Origin: an uncultured Cellvibrionales bacterium | GTDB lineage: Bacteria > Pseudomonadota > Gammaproteobacteria > Pseudomonadales > Cellvibrionaceae | Direction of reading: 5' to 3' | Length of the DNA: 64,000 nt | Assembly (NCBI GenBank): GCA_913050115.1 | Contig: CAJWZU010000001.1 | Coordinates: 17,527-81,526, forward strand | Shown: positions 1-9,916 of the stretch, in pieces | How positions within the stretch are numbered: position 1 is the first letter of the stretch | Layout: every line of letters begins with the position of its first letter | Program-made: the position numbers and the translations under genes | The notes under the pieces: generated by a model | Databases searched by the model: none | Told to the model about the DNA's origin: nothing | The model's input: only the letters and a program-made list of their open reading frames with translations

Positions 1-860
1 GCCGCGTTGATACCCGCGCCATCCGCGCCGCCCTCGACTCAGACGCGTTAGTGATTGTCTCGCCGCTCGGTTATTCGCCCACCGGTGAGATTTTTAACCT
101 GTCCTTTGCCGATGTGGCCACTGAAGTGGCGCGCACGCTTAAAGCCGATAAACTGGTCGGCTTTGTCGACGGCGACGGCATTCTTGATAATAACGGTGAA
201 TTGGTGCGCCAACTCAACTTGGCCGAGTGCAGTAAGCAGCTAAATCACTTGGCTCAACAGCCTGCCCACGGCCTACGCCAGTCGCTAAAAGCGTGTTACA
301 AGGCCTGCTCTGGCGGTGTCTCGCGCGCCTCTATGGTCAACTATCGCAGCGACGGCGCTTTTCTTAGCGAGCTGTTCACTCGCGACGGCTGTGGCACCAT
401 GGTCTACTCCGATGACTATGAACAGTTGCGACGCGCCACGATCGACGACGTTGGCGGCATATTGGAATTACTTGAGCCCTTAGAAGAACAAGGCGTACTG
501 GTGAGGCGCTCACGTGAGCGCCTAGAAACCGAAATCGATCGTTTCTGGGTAATGGACAAAGACGGCGCCGCAATCGCCTGTGCCGCCCTTTACCCCTTCA
601 CTGAGAGCTTTGTCGAATTGGCCTGTGTAGCCACCCAAAAGGATTACCAGGGCGGCGGTCGCGCCGCCAAGCTACTGCGGCAACTTGAGATCGAGGCCCG
701 CAGGCAAGGCCATAGCAAACTATTTGTGCTCACCACCCAAACCGCACACTGGTTTATTGAACAAGGCTTTGCCGATGCAGACCTTGACGATCTGCCCAGC
801 GAACGCCAGAGCCTTTATAACTATCAGCGCAACTCGAAAATATTTGTGAAGCCACTTTAG
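1..860 (+). CDS. argA: Amino-acid N-acetyltransferase (N-acetylglutamate synthase), 3' portion; the 5' end lies upstream of the window
   Basis: The frame of ORF 51..860 stays open back to base 3 (RVDTRAIRAALDSDALVIVSPLGYSPTGEIFNL), so the gene is cut by the window edge. A kinase-like segment is followed by a GNAT domain (ATQKDYQGGGRAAKLL). Confidence 0.85.
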   Translation, partial: RVDTRAIRAALDSDALVIVSPLGYSPTGEIFNLSFADVATEVARTLKADKLVGFVDGDGILDNNGELVRQLNLAECSKQLNHLAQQPAHGLRQSLKACYKACSGGVSRASMVNYRSDGAFLSELFTRDGCGTMVYSDDYEQLRRATIDDVGGILELLEPLEEQGVLVRRSRERLETEIDRFWVMDKDGAAIACAALYPFTESFVELACVATQKDYQGGGRAAKLLRQLEIEARRQGHSKLFVLTTQTAHWFIEQGFADADLDDLPSERQSLYNYQRNSKIFVKPL

Positions 861-1084
861 AAATTCAGGCTGGAATGCATCCACCCTGAATCTCTTTTCT
901 GCTAAAATTAATCTAATTTTTCCGCAGCTCTTACAACTACATGTTCGAGTCATTTTGCTGTGAGTACAAGGAAGCACCCCGCACAGGCAGGGAGCGTATA
1001 TTTATACGTGACCATCCGAGCAGGGCGCTGACGCCGTAATCGCAGTAAAAGGGCCGAACCTTAATTAAATATAAGGCCTCTAAA

Positions 1085-2929
1085 ATGCCCGTTTATCGCT
1101 CTAAGACTTCTACTGGTGGCCGCAATATGGCCGGTGCCCGCGCTCTTTGGCGCGCCACTGGCATGAAAGACGACGACTTCCAAAAGCCAATTATCGCCGT
1201 CTCCAATTCTTTCACGCAGTTCGTGCCAGGTCATGTTCACCTAAAAGACATGGGGCAGTTAGTCGCCCGCGAGATTGAAAAGGCCGGTGGCGTCGCCAAA
1301 GAATTCAACACTATCGCTGTCGACGACGGCATCGCTATGGGTCACGACGGTATGCTGTACAGCCTGCCATCGCGCGACATTATTGCCGATTCGGTTGAAT
1401 ACATGGTCAACGCTCACTGCGCCGATGCCATTGTTTGTATTTCCAACTGCGACAAGATCACTCCCGGAATGCTAATGGCGTCTATGCGTCTCAATATTCC
1501 AGTAATCTTTGTTTCCGGCGGCCCGATGGAAGCCGGTAAAACCAAGTTATCTGAGCACAAGTTAGACCTAGTCGACGCCATGGTTATTGCCGTGGACGAT
1601 ACCGCTTCGGACGAGAAGGTTGCCGCCTACGAGCGCTCGGCCTGCCCTACCTGTGGCTCTTGCTCGGGTATGTTTACCGCCAACTCCATGAACTGCCTAA
1701 CCGAAGCACTGGGTTTATCACTGCCAGGCAATGGCTCGCTACTGGCGACCCACGCCGATCGTGAAGAGTTATTTTTGGAGGCTGGCCGCAAGATTGTCGA
1801 GATCACCAAGCGCTATTACGAAGATGATGACGAATCTGTCTTGCCGCGCTCGATCGCCAATTTTGAAGCATTTGAAAACGCGATGACGCTGGATATCTGC
1901 ATGGGTGGATCGACCAATACCATTTTGCACCTATTGGCGGCGGCACAAGAAGGTGAGCTCGACTTCAACATGGATCATATCGATGCGCTTTCTAGGCGCG
2001 TGCCACAGCTGTGTAAAGTAGCGCCTAATACACCTGAATATCACATGGAAGATGTGCATCGCGCCGGTGGCGTAATGGGTATTCTGGGCGAGATGAATCG
2101 TGCCGGCATACTTCACAATCAGTTGCCGACAGTGCACAGCAAAACCTTCCAAGAAGGCTTAGACAAGTGGGACATTATGACGACTCGTGATGAGTCAGTT
2201 AAAACCTTTTACAAAGCGGGCCCGGCCGGTATTCCAACGCAAACTGCCTTTAGCCAAAGTACTCGCTACCCAAGCTTGGATGCGGACCGTGAAAACGGCT
2301 GTATTCGCAATCTCGAAAATGCTTTCTCACTCGAAGGTGGCCTAGCGGTATTAAAAGGCAACATCGCCGTCGATGGCTGTGTTGTTAAAACTTCTGGCGT
2401 AACCGAAGACTGCTGGGTATTCGAGGGCAGCGCCCACGTAGTAGAGAGCCAAGATGAGGCCGTCGCCAACATTCTGGACGGCAAGGTTGTTGCGGGAGAT
2501 ATCGTCATCGTTCGCTACGAAGGCCCTAAAGGCGGCCCAGGTATGCAAGAGATGCTCTACCCAACCAGCTACATTAAGTCTAAAGGCTTGGGTAAGGCCT
2601 GCGCTCTACTCACCGACGGCCGTTTCTCCGGAGGTACTTCAGGCCTATCCATCGGTCACGTATCCCCAGAAGCCGCTGCCGGCGGCGCTATCGGCCTAGT
2701 TGAGAACGGCGATAAGATTCTTATCGACATTCCCAACCGCGCCATCAACGTGCTGCTGTCAGACGCAGAGCTACAGACTCGCCGCGACGCTATGGAAGCC
2801 AAAGGCAAAGACGCCTGGAAGCCAATAAAAAGCCGCCCACGCAAAGTTAGCGCCTCACTCAAGGCCTATGCATTGCTAGCCACCAGCGCCGACAAGGGCG
2901 CCGTGAGAGACCTAAGCAAGCTGGATTAA
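1085..2929 (+). CDS. ilvD: Dihydroxy-acid dehydratase
   Basis: 614 aa, full length. IlvD/Edd family motifs are present: [41 protein letters not shown]. Confidence 0.97.
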   Translation: MPVYRSKTSTGGRNMAGARALWRATGMKDDDFQKPIIAVSNSFTQFVPGHVHLKDMGQLVAREIEKAGGVAKEFNTIAVDDGIAMGHDGMLYSLPSRDIIADSVEYMVNAHCADAIVCISNCDKITPGMLMASMRLNIPVIFVSGGPMEAGKTKLSEHKLDLVDAMVIAVDDTASDEKVAAYERSACPTCGSCSGMFTANSMNCLTEALGLSLPGNGSLLATHADREELFLEAGRKIVEITKRYYEDDDESVLPRSIANFEAFENAMTLDICMGGSTNTILHLLAAAQEGELDFNMDHIDALSRRVPQLCKVAPNTPEYHMEDVHRAGGVMGILGEMNRAGILHNQLPTVHSKTFQEGLDKWDIMTTRDESVKTFYKAGPAGIPTQTAFSQSTRYPSLDADRENGCIRNLENAFSLEGGLAVLKGNIAVDGCVVKTSGVTEDCWVFEGSAHVVESQDEAVANILDGKVVAGDIVIVRYEGPKGGPGMQEMLYPTSYIKSKGLGKACALLTDGRFSGGTSGLSIGHVSPEAAAGGAIGLVENGDKILIDIPNRAINVLLSDAELQTRRDAMEAKGKDAWKPIKSRPRKVSASLKAYALLATSADKGAVRDLSKLD

Positions 2930-2960
2930 TAGGTTCTTTAATTTAAGCTTAAATAAAAAA

Positions 2961-2990
2961 GGCCCAATCAATTGATTGGGCCTTTTTTAT
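2961..2990 (+). terminator. Rho-independent terminator after ilvD
   Basis: Stem ggcccaatca / tgattgggcc (2961-2970 and 2973-2982) followed by a T6 run, about 30 nt after the ilvD stop. Confidence 0.85.
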
Positions 2991-3311
2991 TGGGCATTAG
3001 AAAGTGTTGTGTGGCCGCTAACTATGGTGCCAAGTAAATCAACACACTCTCAAAACTTTGCAGACTCGCGTTATATCAAACCGTTAAACGCCGGCAGAAG
3101 CATAGACTTTAACTCGCCCCCTGCCCTTTATTTGCAAAACCCTCAGCCCATTCAAAGTGCCGCGGTTCTAGGCCAGTACCAAGGTAAAAAACAGCACCCG
3201 AGACATCGGATTGTGCGACCCCCATAGAGGCAGGAAATGCAGCAGCAAAAATCTGCACGCTAGGGCGCAATAGCGTGATCGCCCTTACCATATGCCCGCA
3301 CTATGAAACCC

Positions 3312-3350
3312 AAAAAACCGCGCCCCAGCCAAAGCTGAGACGCGGTTTTT
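3312..3350. terminator. Bidirectional hairpin terminator downstream of the GH20 gene
   Basis: aaaaaaccgcg ... cgcggttttt: a GC stem flanked by an A-run and a T-run, so it reads as stem plus U-tract on both strands. It lies about 20 nt beyond the stop of the minus-strand gene at 3371. Confidence 0.7.
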
Positions 3351-3370
3351 AAAAAGGTTAAGGTTATTGC

Positions 3371-6016
3371 TTACTTAACCATCAAACTCCGACCCGGACG
3401 TTTACCATCGGCGGATCTTGCTCGAACTTCGACGCTACCATCTACTGCAACAGGCTTGGAATAAGCCATCCACTTGCCACCATCACTGCGATACTCAATC
3501 GCAAGACCTGGGAAAATAACATTAGCGTGTAGCTTGCCATCTTCTATAACTGCACCCACAGTCGGGATACGGTAGAAAACATCGGCCTGATCGAGCTTGG
3601 CCAGTTCTTTGTGCGCCAGCAGATTACCGAAGCGATTGAAGTCTGCGTCGCGTTCTGCGCGCTTAGCGGCAGTGAAAGTGCCGCTGTCTTTGTTATAGAT
3701 AGCGCCTTCGTAGTTGTAAGGCACTGCCCAATCCGCAGCGTGCCATGCACGCTCGGCAACCGCTAACATGCGCGGAAAGACTTTATATTCAGCGACTTCA
3801 TCGCTGCGAGTGGTCTCACTCCACAACTGGCCCTGAATACCGGCAAAAGATACACCCTGATTCAGTGGACCCTGCTTGTTGCCATCTTTATCGGTGCGAT
3901 GAGAGTCGTCCATGGTGAATGGCGAGCCCATACGATCGGGCCAGAACTCGGCGTGTACTGGCAGGTTATCTGGCTGGAAGTCGAATACTTTGCGAGTATT
4001 GGTGGCGCGAGAGGCCCAGTAATAGCCATTTTCTTTGGAATCCACTTCATAAGGGAAGTCGAAGTAAAGTGCATCAGGAGAAGACAACACCATGTCCCAG
4101 CCGCGATTAGCCAGCTCATTAGTTACCGAGGTGCCGCCCCAAGCCATATGAACCCACGAGTTAGCCTGCACCATATCGGGCATATTGTCTTTCTTGGTAT
4201 GGCTGATACCATCGCTCCAACCGCCGGACTCAATACCTTTATCGGCTAAAATTTCGGCCACGCGTTCAATAAAGTAAGAACCTAAATCTGTAACCTCAGG
4301 ATGCTTTTTTAAGAAGGCGTGACATACAGGGGAGTCATCCCAAGCGTGCTCGGCTTCATCAGCACCAATGTGATAGCGGGTCAGAGGCTGGCCAGCCTCA
4401 TCGTGTAAAGTCTTCACTTCAGCCATGACTTTATCGATAAAGTTGTAAGACGAGTCCATACAGGCGTTGATGGTGTTATCGGCGTAGTACTGCACTGTAG
4501 TATAGACACTGGCGTTGTCAAAATCGGTCAGCAGGTATTCTTTCGCCGCCGCCTCATCGCCTGCAGCCATGAAGTTGTCATAGCGAAGTTGCATCGCCTT
4601 CACCGCCGCACGGGCATGAGCAGGCATATCCAGTGATGGAATAACCTGAATATGACGAGCTTCGGCGTAGCGCAAGATCTCTAGGTAATCGGCGATGCTG
4701 TAGTAGCCGTTGTTAACGCTGTCAGCATTGACCGGGCCGGCACCGAGCATCGGCTCCAGACACGTTTTACCTTCAGGGTCCCAGCAGCGTTTAGCGCCAA
4801 TCGTGGTCAGTTCCGGCAAATCTTTGATTTCTAGGCGCCAGCCTTCGTCATCACCCAGATGAAAGTGAAATTTGTTCAGTTTGTAAGCTGCCATTTGATC
4901 GAGCAAACCGAGGATGAATGCTTTACTGCGGAAGTTGCGCGATACGTCTACATGCATGCCACGGAAGTCATAATGCGGCTCATCTTCTACCAGTGCTTTG
5001 GGGACACTGGTCTCACCTAAAGTGACCAGTGCGGCCAAAGATTGCAGACCATAAAAAGCGCCACTGGCATCGCCAGCTAACACAGTGATATTTTTGTCGC
5101 CAACCACTAACTGGTAGCTGCCATTAGTCGTCATAGCGCCTTTGCGAACTTCAACGGTAACGTCGACGCCCTTTCTAGATTCTTTAATACCTAAGCCGTT
5201 TAGGCGTATTAAAGCCGCGGCAATATCGCTGCGCTCAACATTGGTTAAAGTGACCTTGATGCCAGAGCGTAAATTGAGCTTGGCGCTGCCATCCACTTGT
5301 AAAGTTTTAGGTGTTGGCAGAATAGCACCGACAACGAGTGCAGCGTTGTTATTGAGATCGGCATTAGCTTGATATAAGTTTGCAGCGGTAGCCTGCAGTG
5401 TTTTATCGTCCACGGTACGCATGATGTGCTTTTTGTAATCGTTCATCTCGACCACAAATGGCATCACTGGCAAACCTGTCTCAGGGTCTAGAGCCTCTTT
5501 GGTACTGTCTATAACACGCGCCTTGAGACCGTCAGCCACAATAAAGTAGTTCGGAAATAAGTCTGATTCAGACAAGTACCAGTTGCGGGCCACATAAGGG
5601 ATATTCAGGGTTTCGCCGGTTTTAATACCAGTGAATTTGGCGGTTGGGCGAATCACGTGCATATCGCCGTTGATGTGCTCCATGGTGACTTGATCGCTAT
5701 CGACCATTTCAACTGGGTGCACCTGAGAGAAGTAAATCTCCCAGCCAGAGGCCATGAAGTCTTCTTTGGCAGTAATACTAATCACCGATTTCACACAGTG
5801 ACCACCGTCGACTTCTTTATCACAGAAATCGGCATTATTGTTGTCGACAACCTCAAAAATTAACTCGGCAGTACTGGCGAATGTATCCAGCGCTGCTTGA
5901 CTAACCGGCTCAATAGAACTGGACGAAGAGACAGATAGCGAACCAGATGGGGCGCTATTACAGCCCACGAGGGCTAGGGTCAGGGCTGTTGCCAAGGCGG
6001 TGTGCTTTAAGTTCAT
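3371..6016 (-). CDS. GH20 beta-N-acetylhexosaminidase (chitobiase-type lipoprotein)
   Basis: 881 aa with a lipoprotein signal (LTLALVGC). GH20 core motifs HFHLGDDEGWRLEI and YHIGADEA are present. Size and architecture match Vibrio-type chitobiases. Confidence 0.9.
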   Translation of the reverse strand: MNLKHTALATALTLALVGCNSAPSGSLSVSSSSSIEPVSQAALDTFASTAELIFEVVDNNNADFCDKEVDGGHCVKSVISITAKEDFMASGWEIYFSQVHPVEMVDSDQVTMEHINGDMHVIRPTAKFTGIKTGETLNIPYVARNWYLSESDLFPNYFIVADGLKARVIDSTKEALDPETGLPVMPFVVEMNDYKKHIMRTVDDKTLQATAANLYQANADLNNNAALVVGAILPTPKTLQVDGSAKLNLRSGIKVTLTNVERSDIAAALIRLNGLGIKESRKGVDVTVEVRKGAMTTNGSYQLVVGDKNITVLAGDASGAFYGLQSLAALVTLGETSVPKALVEDEPHYDFRGMHVDVSRNFRSKAFILGLLDQMAAYKLNKFHFHLGDDEGWRLEIKDLPELTTIGAKRCWDPEGKTCLEPMLGAGPVNADSVNNGYYSIADYLEILRYAEARHIQVIPSLDMPAHARAAVKAMQLRYDNFMAAGDEAAAKEYLLTDFDNASVYTTVQYYADNTINACMDSSYNFIDKVMAEVKTLHDEAGQPLTRYHIGADEAEHAWDDSPVCHAFLKKHPEVTDLGSYFIERVAEILADKGIESGGWSDGISHTKKDNMPDMVQANSWVHMAWGGTSVTNELANRGWDMVLSSPDALYFDFPYEVDSKENGYYWASRATNTRKVFDFQPDNLPVHAEFWPDRMGSPFTMDDSHRTDKDGNKQGPLNQGVSFAGIQGQLWSETTRSDEVAEYKVFPRMLAVAERAWHAADWAVPYNYEGAIYNKDSGTFTAAKRAERDADFNRFGNLLAHKELAKLDQADVFYRIPTVGAVIEDGKLHANVIFPGLAIEYRSDGGKWMAYSKPVAVDGSVEVRARSADGKRPGRSLMVK

Positions 6017-6144
6017 AGTGGTTTCTCTGCAAAAAGTAGTAATTAAGAATCATAACCAAAATTTATGAGACTCAAACTACTGCTTCGTCGCGAGCAAAAC
6101 CATATAAATTTTCTTAAATTTATCTTAAATTTGTCTTAAAACAA

Positions 6145-6531
6145 CTAAAACCAGCCAGAACTGGCCAAGATTGCACTTTCAAGATGTGCAGAAACCTCAT
6201 CTTCCGAGGTAAAAAAACGGTAGCTGCAACTGGACTCAGCCTTTTTAAACGGGCTGTTAACCGGCGCACTCAACTCGATGGTTAAACGCGGCACACCGGC
6301 GCTGCGACTTTGATTAAAACTGCTATTCCACTCGACCAGTAAGTTGCGACGCACTAAGGCAACCGCCTCGGCCTCACTGTCTGCTTTAACAAAACGGCAG
6401 ACCACAAAGCCGGAAAACGAATCGCCGCGATCCCCCGCCTCGACAAAAATGCCGCGCCCCGAAACCACCACGCGATATCTCGCCATCATCTTAGCTACTT
6501 TATTAACTGTTTCAGCAATCATGGCACTCAC
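6145..6531 (-). CDS. Hypothetical protein (128 aa)
   Basis: The only long ORF in this interval. I recognise no motif, and it is followed by a long AT-rich non-coding stretch. Confidence 0.4.
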   Translation of the reverse strand: MSAMIAETVNKVAKMMARYRVVVSGRGIFVEAGDRGDSFSGFVVCRFVKADSEAEAVALVRRNLLVEWNSSFNQSRSAGVPRLTIELSAPVNSPFKKAESSCSYRFFTSEDEVSAHLESAILASSGWF

Positions 6532-7113
6532 CGGCTACTCCTTACCCCGTGAAATTATAGCGAATACTGCCGAAGAAATTTGAATATTGTCAGCAGCACA
6601 ATTTGAGCCTGCATGTAGCTCGGTTAGATCGCTGATTATCACCGCGTCTTAGCGACACATTGATGACAATTCGCGGCTTAAATTATTTTGCCATAAGGAG
6701 CAATGCTTAGACTTATGATAGAACTTAAGCATGCCCTCGATATCGTCTAACAACAAGCCCCACGGTTATGATAATGCATCCGTATGCTCATAATAATAGC
6801 ATTAATGCCGTTGTTGCCAGTAAAGTGCAGAATGAATACACGCCATAGAAAAAAACAACTAATTATCTCACTAAACATAAAACACTTATATTCAGTGTTA
6901 GCCTAATTAATATCAAAAAATAGGCGCTGACGATAATAACTAGGCCGGGGAGGTTGAGGGCCGTTAGAGCCAAGATCGCACACTTAGCGCCGCCTCGCAC
7001 GCCGGTGACTAAGCACGTTACTAGGATGGATCTAGCCTAGGTAAGCGCTTAGCAACCGATAAGAACGCTAAAACCAGTGGCCACCAAATCATGCCTAGTT
7101 AGTTTGAATATCG

Positions 7114-8310
7114 TTATTTAAGCGCATATTTGACAATTATTTTTTTCAGTAGACTCAAATTGTCGACCTGCCGTAGTCCCTCATTACGCAGCCAGTGCAA
7201 CGCTAAATTGCGACTGCCGAATAGGCGTTTAAAGGCCTCCATTACGGCCATCATCATTAAGTTATCGCTGAGACGACGACGCTGATAGCGACGCAAAATG
7301 GACAGGTCATGCAGCGGTACTTGCCGCTGTACGGCGCGCGAAATTTCTTCGCTCAATGCCATAGCGTCAAACAGGCCCAAGTTCACACCCTGCCCAGCAA
7401 GCGGATGAATAGTGTGGGCCGCATCGCCGACTAGAGCAATATTATTTTGCACATAATGCTTTGCATGGCGCTGCCGCAGGCCGATAGAATAACGTTTATC
7501 AACCCACTCAATAGCACCAAGTTTGTGCTCAAAAGCCAGCCCTAGGCGTCGACAGAAATCCGTCTCGTTTAGTGCCATTAACTCTTTCGCCAAATCGTTT
7601 TCGCAAGACCAGACAATAGAGCAGTGGTGTTCACTGCCGCGATCACTCAGAGGTAAAAAAGCCAGCGGTCCGGTCGTCATAAAACGCTGCCAAGCAGTAA
7701 ATCGGTGACTCTTTTCAGTCCGGACTGTAGTGACAATCGCCTGGTGGCCGTAATCCCATTCACGCATTGCGAAAGCGGCACTTTTGCGGATATGAGACTC
7801 GGCGCCGTCGGCGGCAATTAATAGTGACGCCTGCACAACGACACCACAGTCCAGAGTGACTGCAATACCTTCACCATCGGTGCGTCGAAAAGATTCCACT
7901 CTCTGTGGCCGCAACAAATCAATATTGGTGCAAGCACTTAACTGCCGATGAATGGCCATTAGCGCCACCGAATTTTCGACAATATGGCCAAGGGCGTCAG
8001 TGCGCTGATCGCGACTGTCGAAGTGAATATGGCCATTACCCTCGCCATCCCACACCTGCATATCGCGATAGGGGCAGTGGCGCTGTTGTTTGATACCTTC
8101 CCACGCGCCGATTGCGTGTAAAAAATGTTGTGACGTTTTAGTTAGCGCCACGACTCGTGGATCAAATTGCTTACAACTAGGCTCGACCAATGTCGGGCTC
8201 GCCTCAACTACAGCAATCTTAATAGCAGAACAAGCTTTAGCCACCGCTACCGCAAGCGCAGCACCGACTATACCCGCACCAACAATTACCACGTCATAAT
8301 TATCCTTCAC
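7114..8310 (-). CDS. ubiI: FAD-dependent ubiquinone-biosynthesis hydroxylase (UbiI/VisC/UbiF type)
   Basis: 398 aa with a GTG start. FAD fold VVIVGAGIVGAA and family motif LVGDAAHTIHPLAGQGVNLG. The pepP-ubiH-this-gene order equals E. coli pepP-ubiH-visC. Confidence 0.8.
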   Translation of the reverse strand: MKDNYDVVIVGAGIVGAALAVAVAKACSAIKIAVVEASPTLVEPSCKQFDPRVVALTKTSQHFLHAIGAWEGIKQQRHCPYRDMQVWDGEGNGHIHFDSRDQRTDALGHIVENSVALMAIHRQLSACTNIDLLRPQRVESFRRTDGEGIAVTLDCGVVVQASLLIAADGAESHIRKSAAFAMREWDYGHQAIVTTVRTEKSHRFTAWQRFMTTGPLAFLPLSDRGSEHHCSIVWSCENDLAKELMALNETDFCRRLGLAFEHKLGAIEWVDKRYSIGLRQRHAKHYVQNNIALVGDAAHTIHPLAGQGVNLGLFDAMALSEEISRAVQRQVPLHDLSILRRYQRRRLSDNLMMMAVMEAFKRLFGSRNLALHWLRNEGLRQVDNLSLLKKIIVKYALK

Positions 8311-8404
8311 GGCTGTAACCTCGCGCCCATATGATTAAATTCACCCACAGTCTGCTCGACCGACAACACCCACTTCAAAGCCAGCATAAGCTCATAATGC
8401 ATTT

Positions 8405-9637
8405 TCACGGCTGCAACCTCGCATTGCCGCTAAATGTACCCATGGTTTGTTCCGCCAGAGCCTGCTTAGCCGGGGGCACACATTCCAGACCAATAAAGCC
8501 AAGCGCTCGCAGCGCAGCAAAAGGCAGACTACTATTGGTGAAAATTTGGCTAATAGCATGACTGAAGCCAATGGTTGCCTTTTGATCAAAGTTCTGGCGC
8601 TGTTGATAGCGCTGCAGCATAGGCAACTGCCCCAACGGTTGGTTTTGGGCCATCAATAACTCATCCACCAAAATCGCGCAGTCACGCAGCGCCAAGTTAA
8701 AACCCTGTCCCGCCACAGGGTGTAAAAAGTGCGCAGCATTGCCCATCAGCGCCAAGTGTGTACGCACTTGCTCACGGGCAATAATAAGCTGCAGCGGGTA
8801 ACTGTGGCGCTGCCCGACCTTCACCAAACGCCCTAATCGATGGCCAAAAAGCTGCTGTAGCTGCGCTAAAAAATCGGCGTCGGCAAGGCGAATAACTTGC
8901 GCCGCCTGCTCGGTAGGCAGGGTCCACACCAGCGCCGCATGTCTGGCATTATGCGATTCACCCAGCGGCAACAGTGCCATAGGTCCGCTGTTAGTAAAGC
9001 GTTCATAGGCCACACCTTGATGAGCTTGGCTCAGCTCAACATTGGCGATAATAGCCTGCTGTTGATAATCGACTCGATCCGCCTCAATACCGACAGCGTG
9101 GCGCAACCTAGACTCGGCGCCATCGCAGATCAAACACAGCGAGGTGGTCAGCAAGAGCGCCTCATCACCGCGTTTTACGCTGAGTTGATAACCGTCTTTT
9201 TGGGGCTGTAAGCTTTCCACTTGCGCGGGCGCAATCACGGTAAGATTAAAATAGCAGGGTAATTGCTGCAACAACACCGAGCCCAGCCAAGCGTTTTCGA
9301 TAACCGCACCAACTGGCTTATCCGCTTCTATTAGGGCGCCGCCAAGATGGCCCTTATCAGAAATGTGCACACGACTAATGTCAGTGGTGTGCTCTTGCAG
9401 TGTCTGCCACAGCCCGAGCTGTTGAAATATGTCGATACTACCGCGCGACAGCGCCGTAGAGCGGGCATCAAAATTAGGCTGATAGTGCGCATCGTCATCT
9501 GATGATAATACTTGCGATTCAATGAGAGCAATCGACCACTGTTTATTGGCCTGCGCCAATAAAATAGCGAGACTGGCTCCCACCATACCTCCACCGACAA
9601 TAATAATATCGAAATATTGCTTCAACTCAACCGTCAC
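8405..9637 (-). CDS. ubiH: 2-octaprenyl-6-methoxyphenol hydroxylase
   Basis: 410 aa with a GTG start preceded by GGAG. Motifs IIIVGGGMVGAS and GNAAHFLHPVAGQGFNLALRD. Located directly downstream of pepP. Confidence 0.85.
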   Translation of the reverse strand: MTVELKQYFDIIIVGGGMVGASLAILLAQANKQWSIALIESQVLSSDDDAHYQPNFDARSTALSRGSIDIFQQLGLWQTLQEHTTDISRVHISDKGHLGGALIEADKPVGAVIENAWLGSVLLQQLPCYFNLTVIAPAQVESLQPQKDGYQLSVKRGDEALLLTTSLCLICDGAESRLRHAVGIEADRVDYQQQAIIANVELSQAHQGVAYERFTNSGPMALLPLGESHNARHAALVWTLPTEQAAQVIRLADADFLAQLQQLFGHRLGRLVKVGQRHSYPLQLIIAREQVRTHLALMGNAAHFLHPVAGQGFNLALRDCAILVDELLMAQNQPLGQLPMLQRYQQRQNFDQKATIGFSHAISQIFTNSSLPFAALRALGFIGLECVPPAKQALAEQTMGTFSGNARLQP

Positions 9638-9890
9638 AGCTCTCGCTCCAAAGGTGACACTGCACCCGCTTGTATCGCCACATCGACGCTAACGCTATCG
9701 AAACATTGCCTCAACTTAATCGTCACGATTCACGCTCCAAAAGGTGACACTGCACCCGCTTGTATCGCCACACCGACGCTAACGCTATCGAAATATTGCT
9801 TCAACTTAATCGTCACAGCTCACGCTTCAAAAGGTGGCATTGCACACGCTTTTATAACCGCCACCGACGCTAATAGTATCGATATGTGAA
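9608..9890. repeat. About 3 tandem copies of an 89-91 bp unit containing the ubiH start region
   Basis: The unit atcgaaatattgcttcaact[c/t]aa[c/t]cgtcac plus a roughly 60-nt spacer begins at 9608, 9697 and 9787, with a stub at 9878. Copy 1 holds the real ubiH GTG. Confidence 0.9.
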
Positions 9891-9916
9891 TTCAGTTAAC
9901 TGATATTCAATGCCTG

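Noticed and set aside
9617-9889. 90-aa plus-strand ORF in the pepP-ubiH spacer
   Set aside because: Its internally repetitive protein (KGDTAPACIAT.TLTLSK twice) is just the translation of the 90-bp tandem repeat. It has no start context and lies antisense to the ubiH leader.
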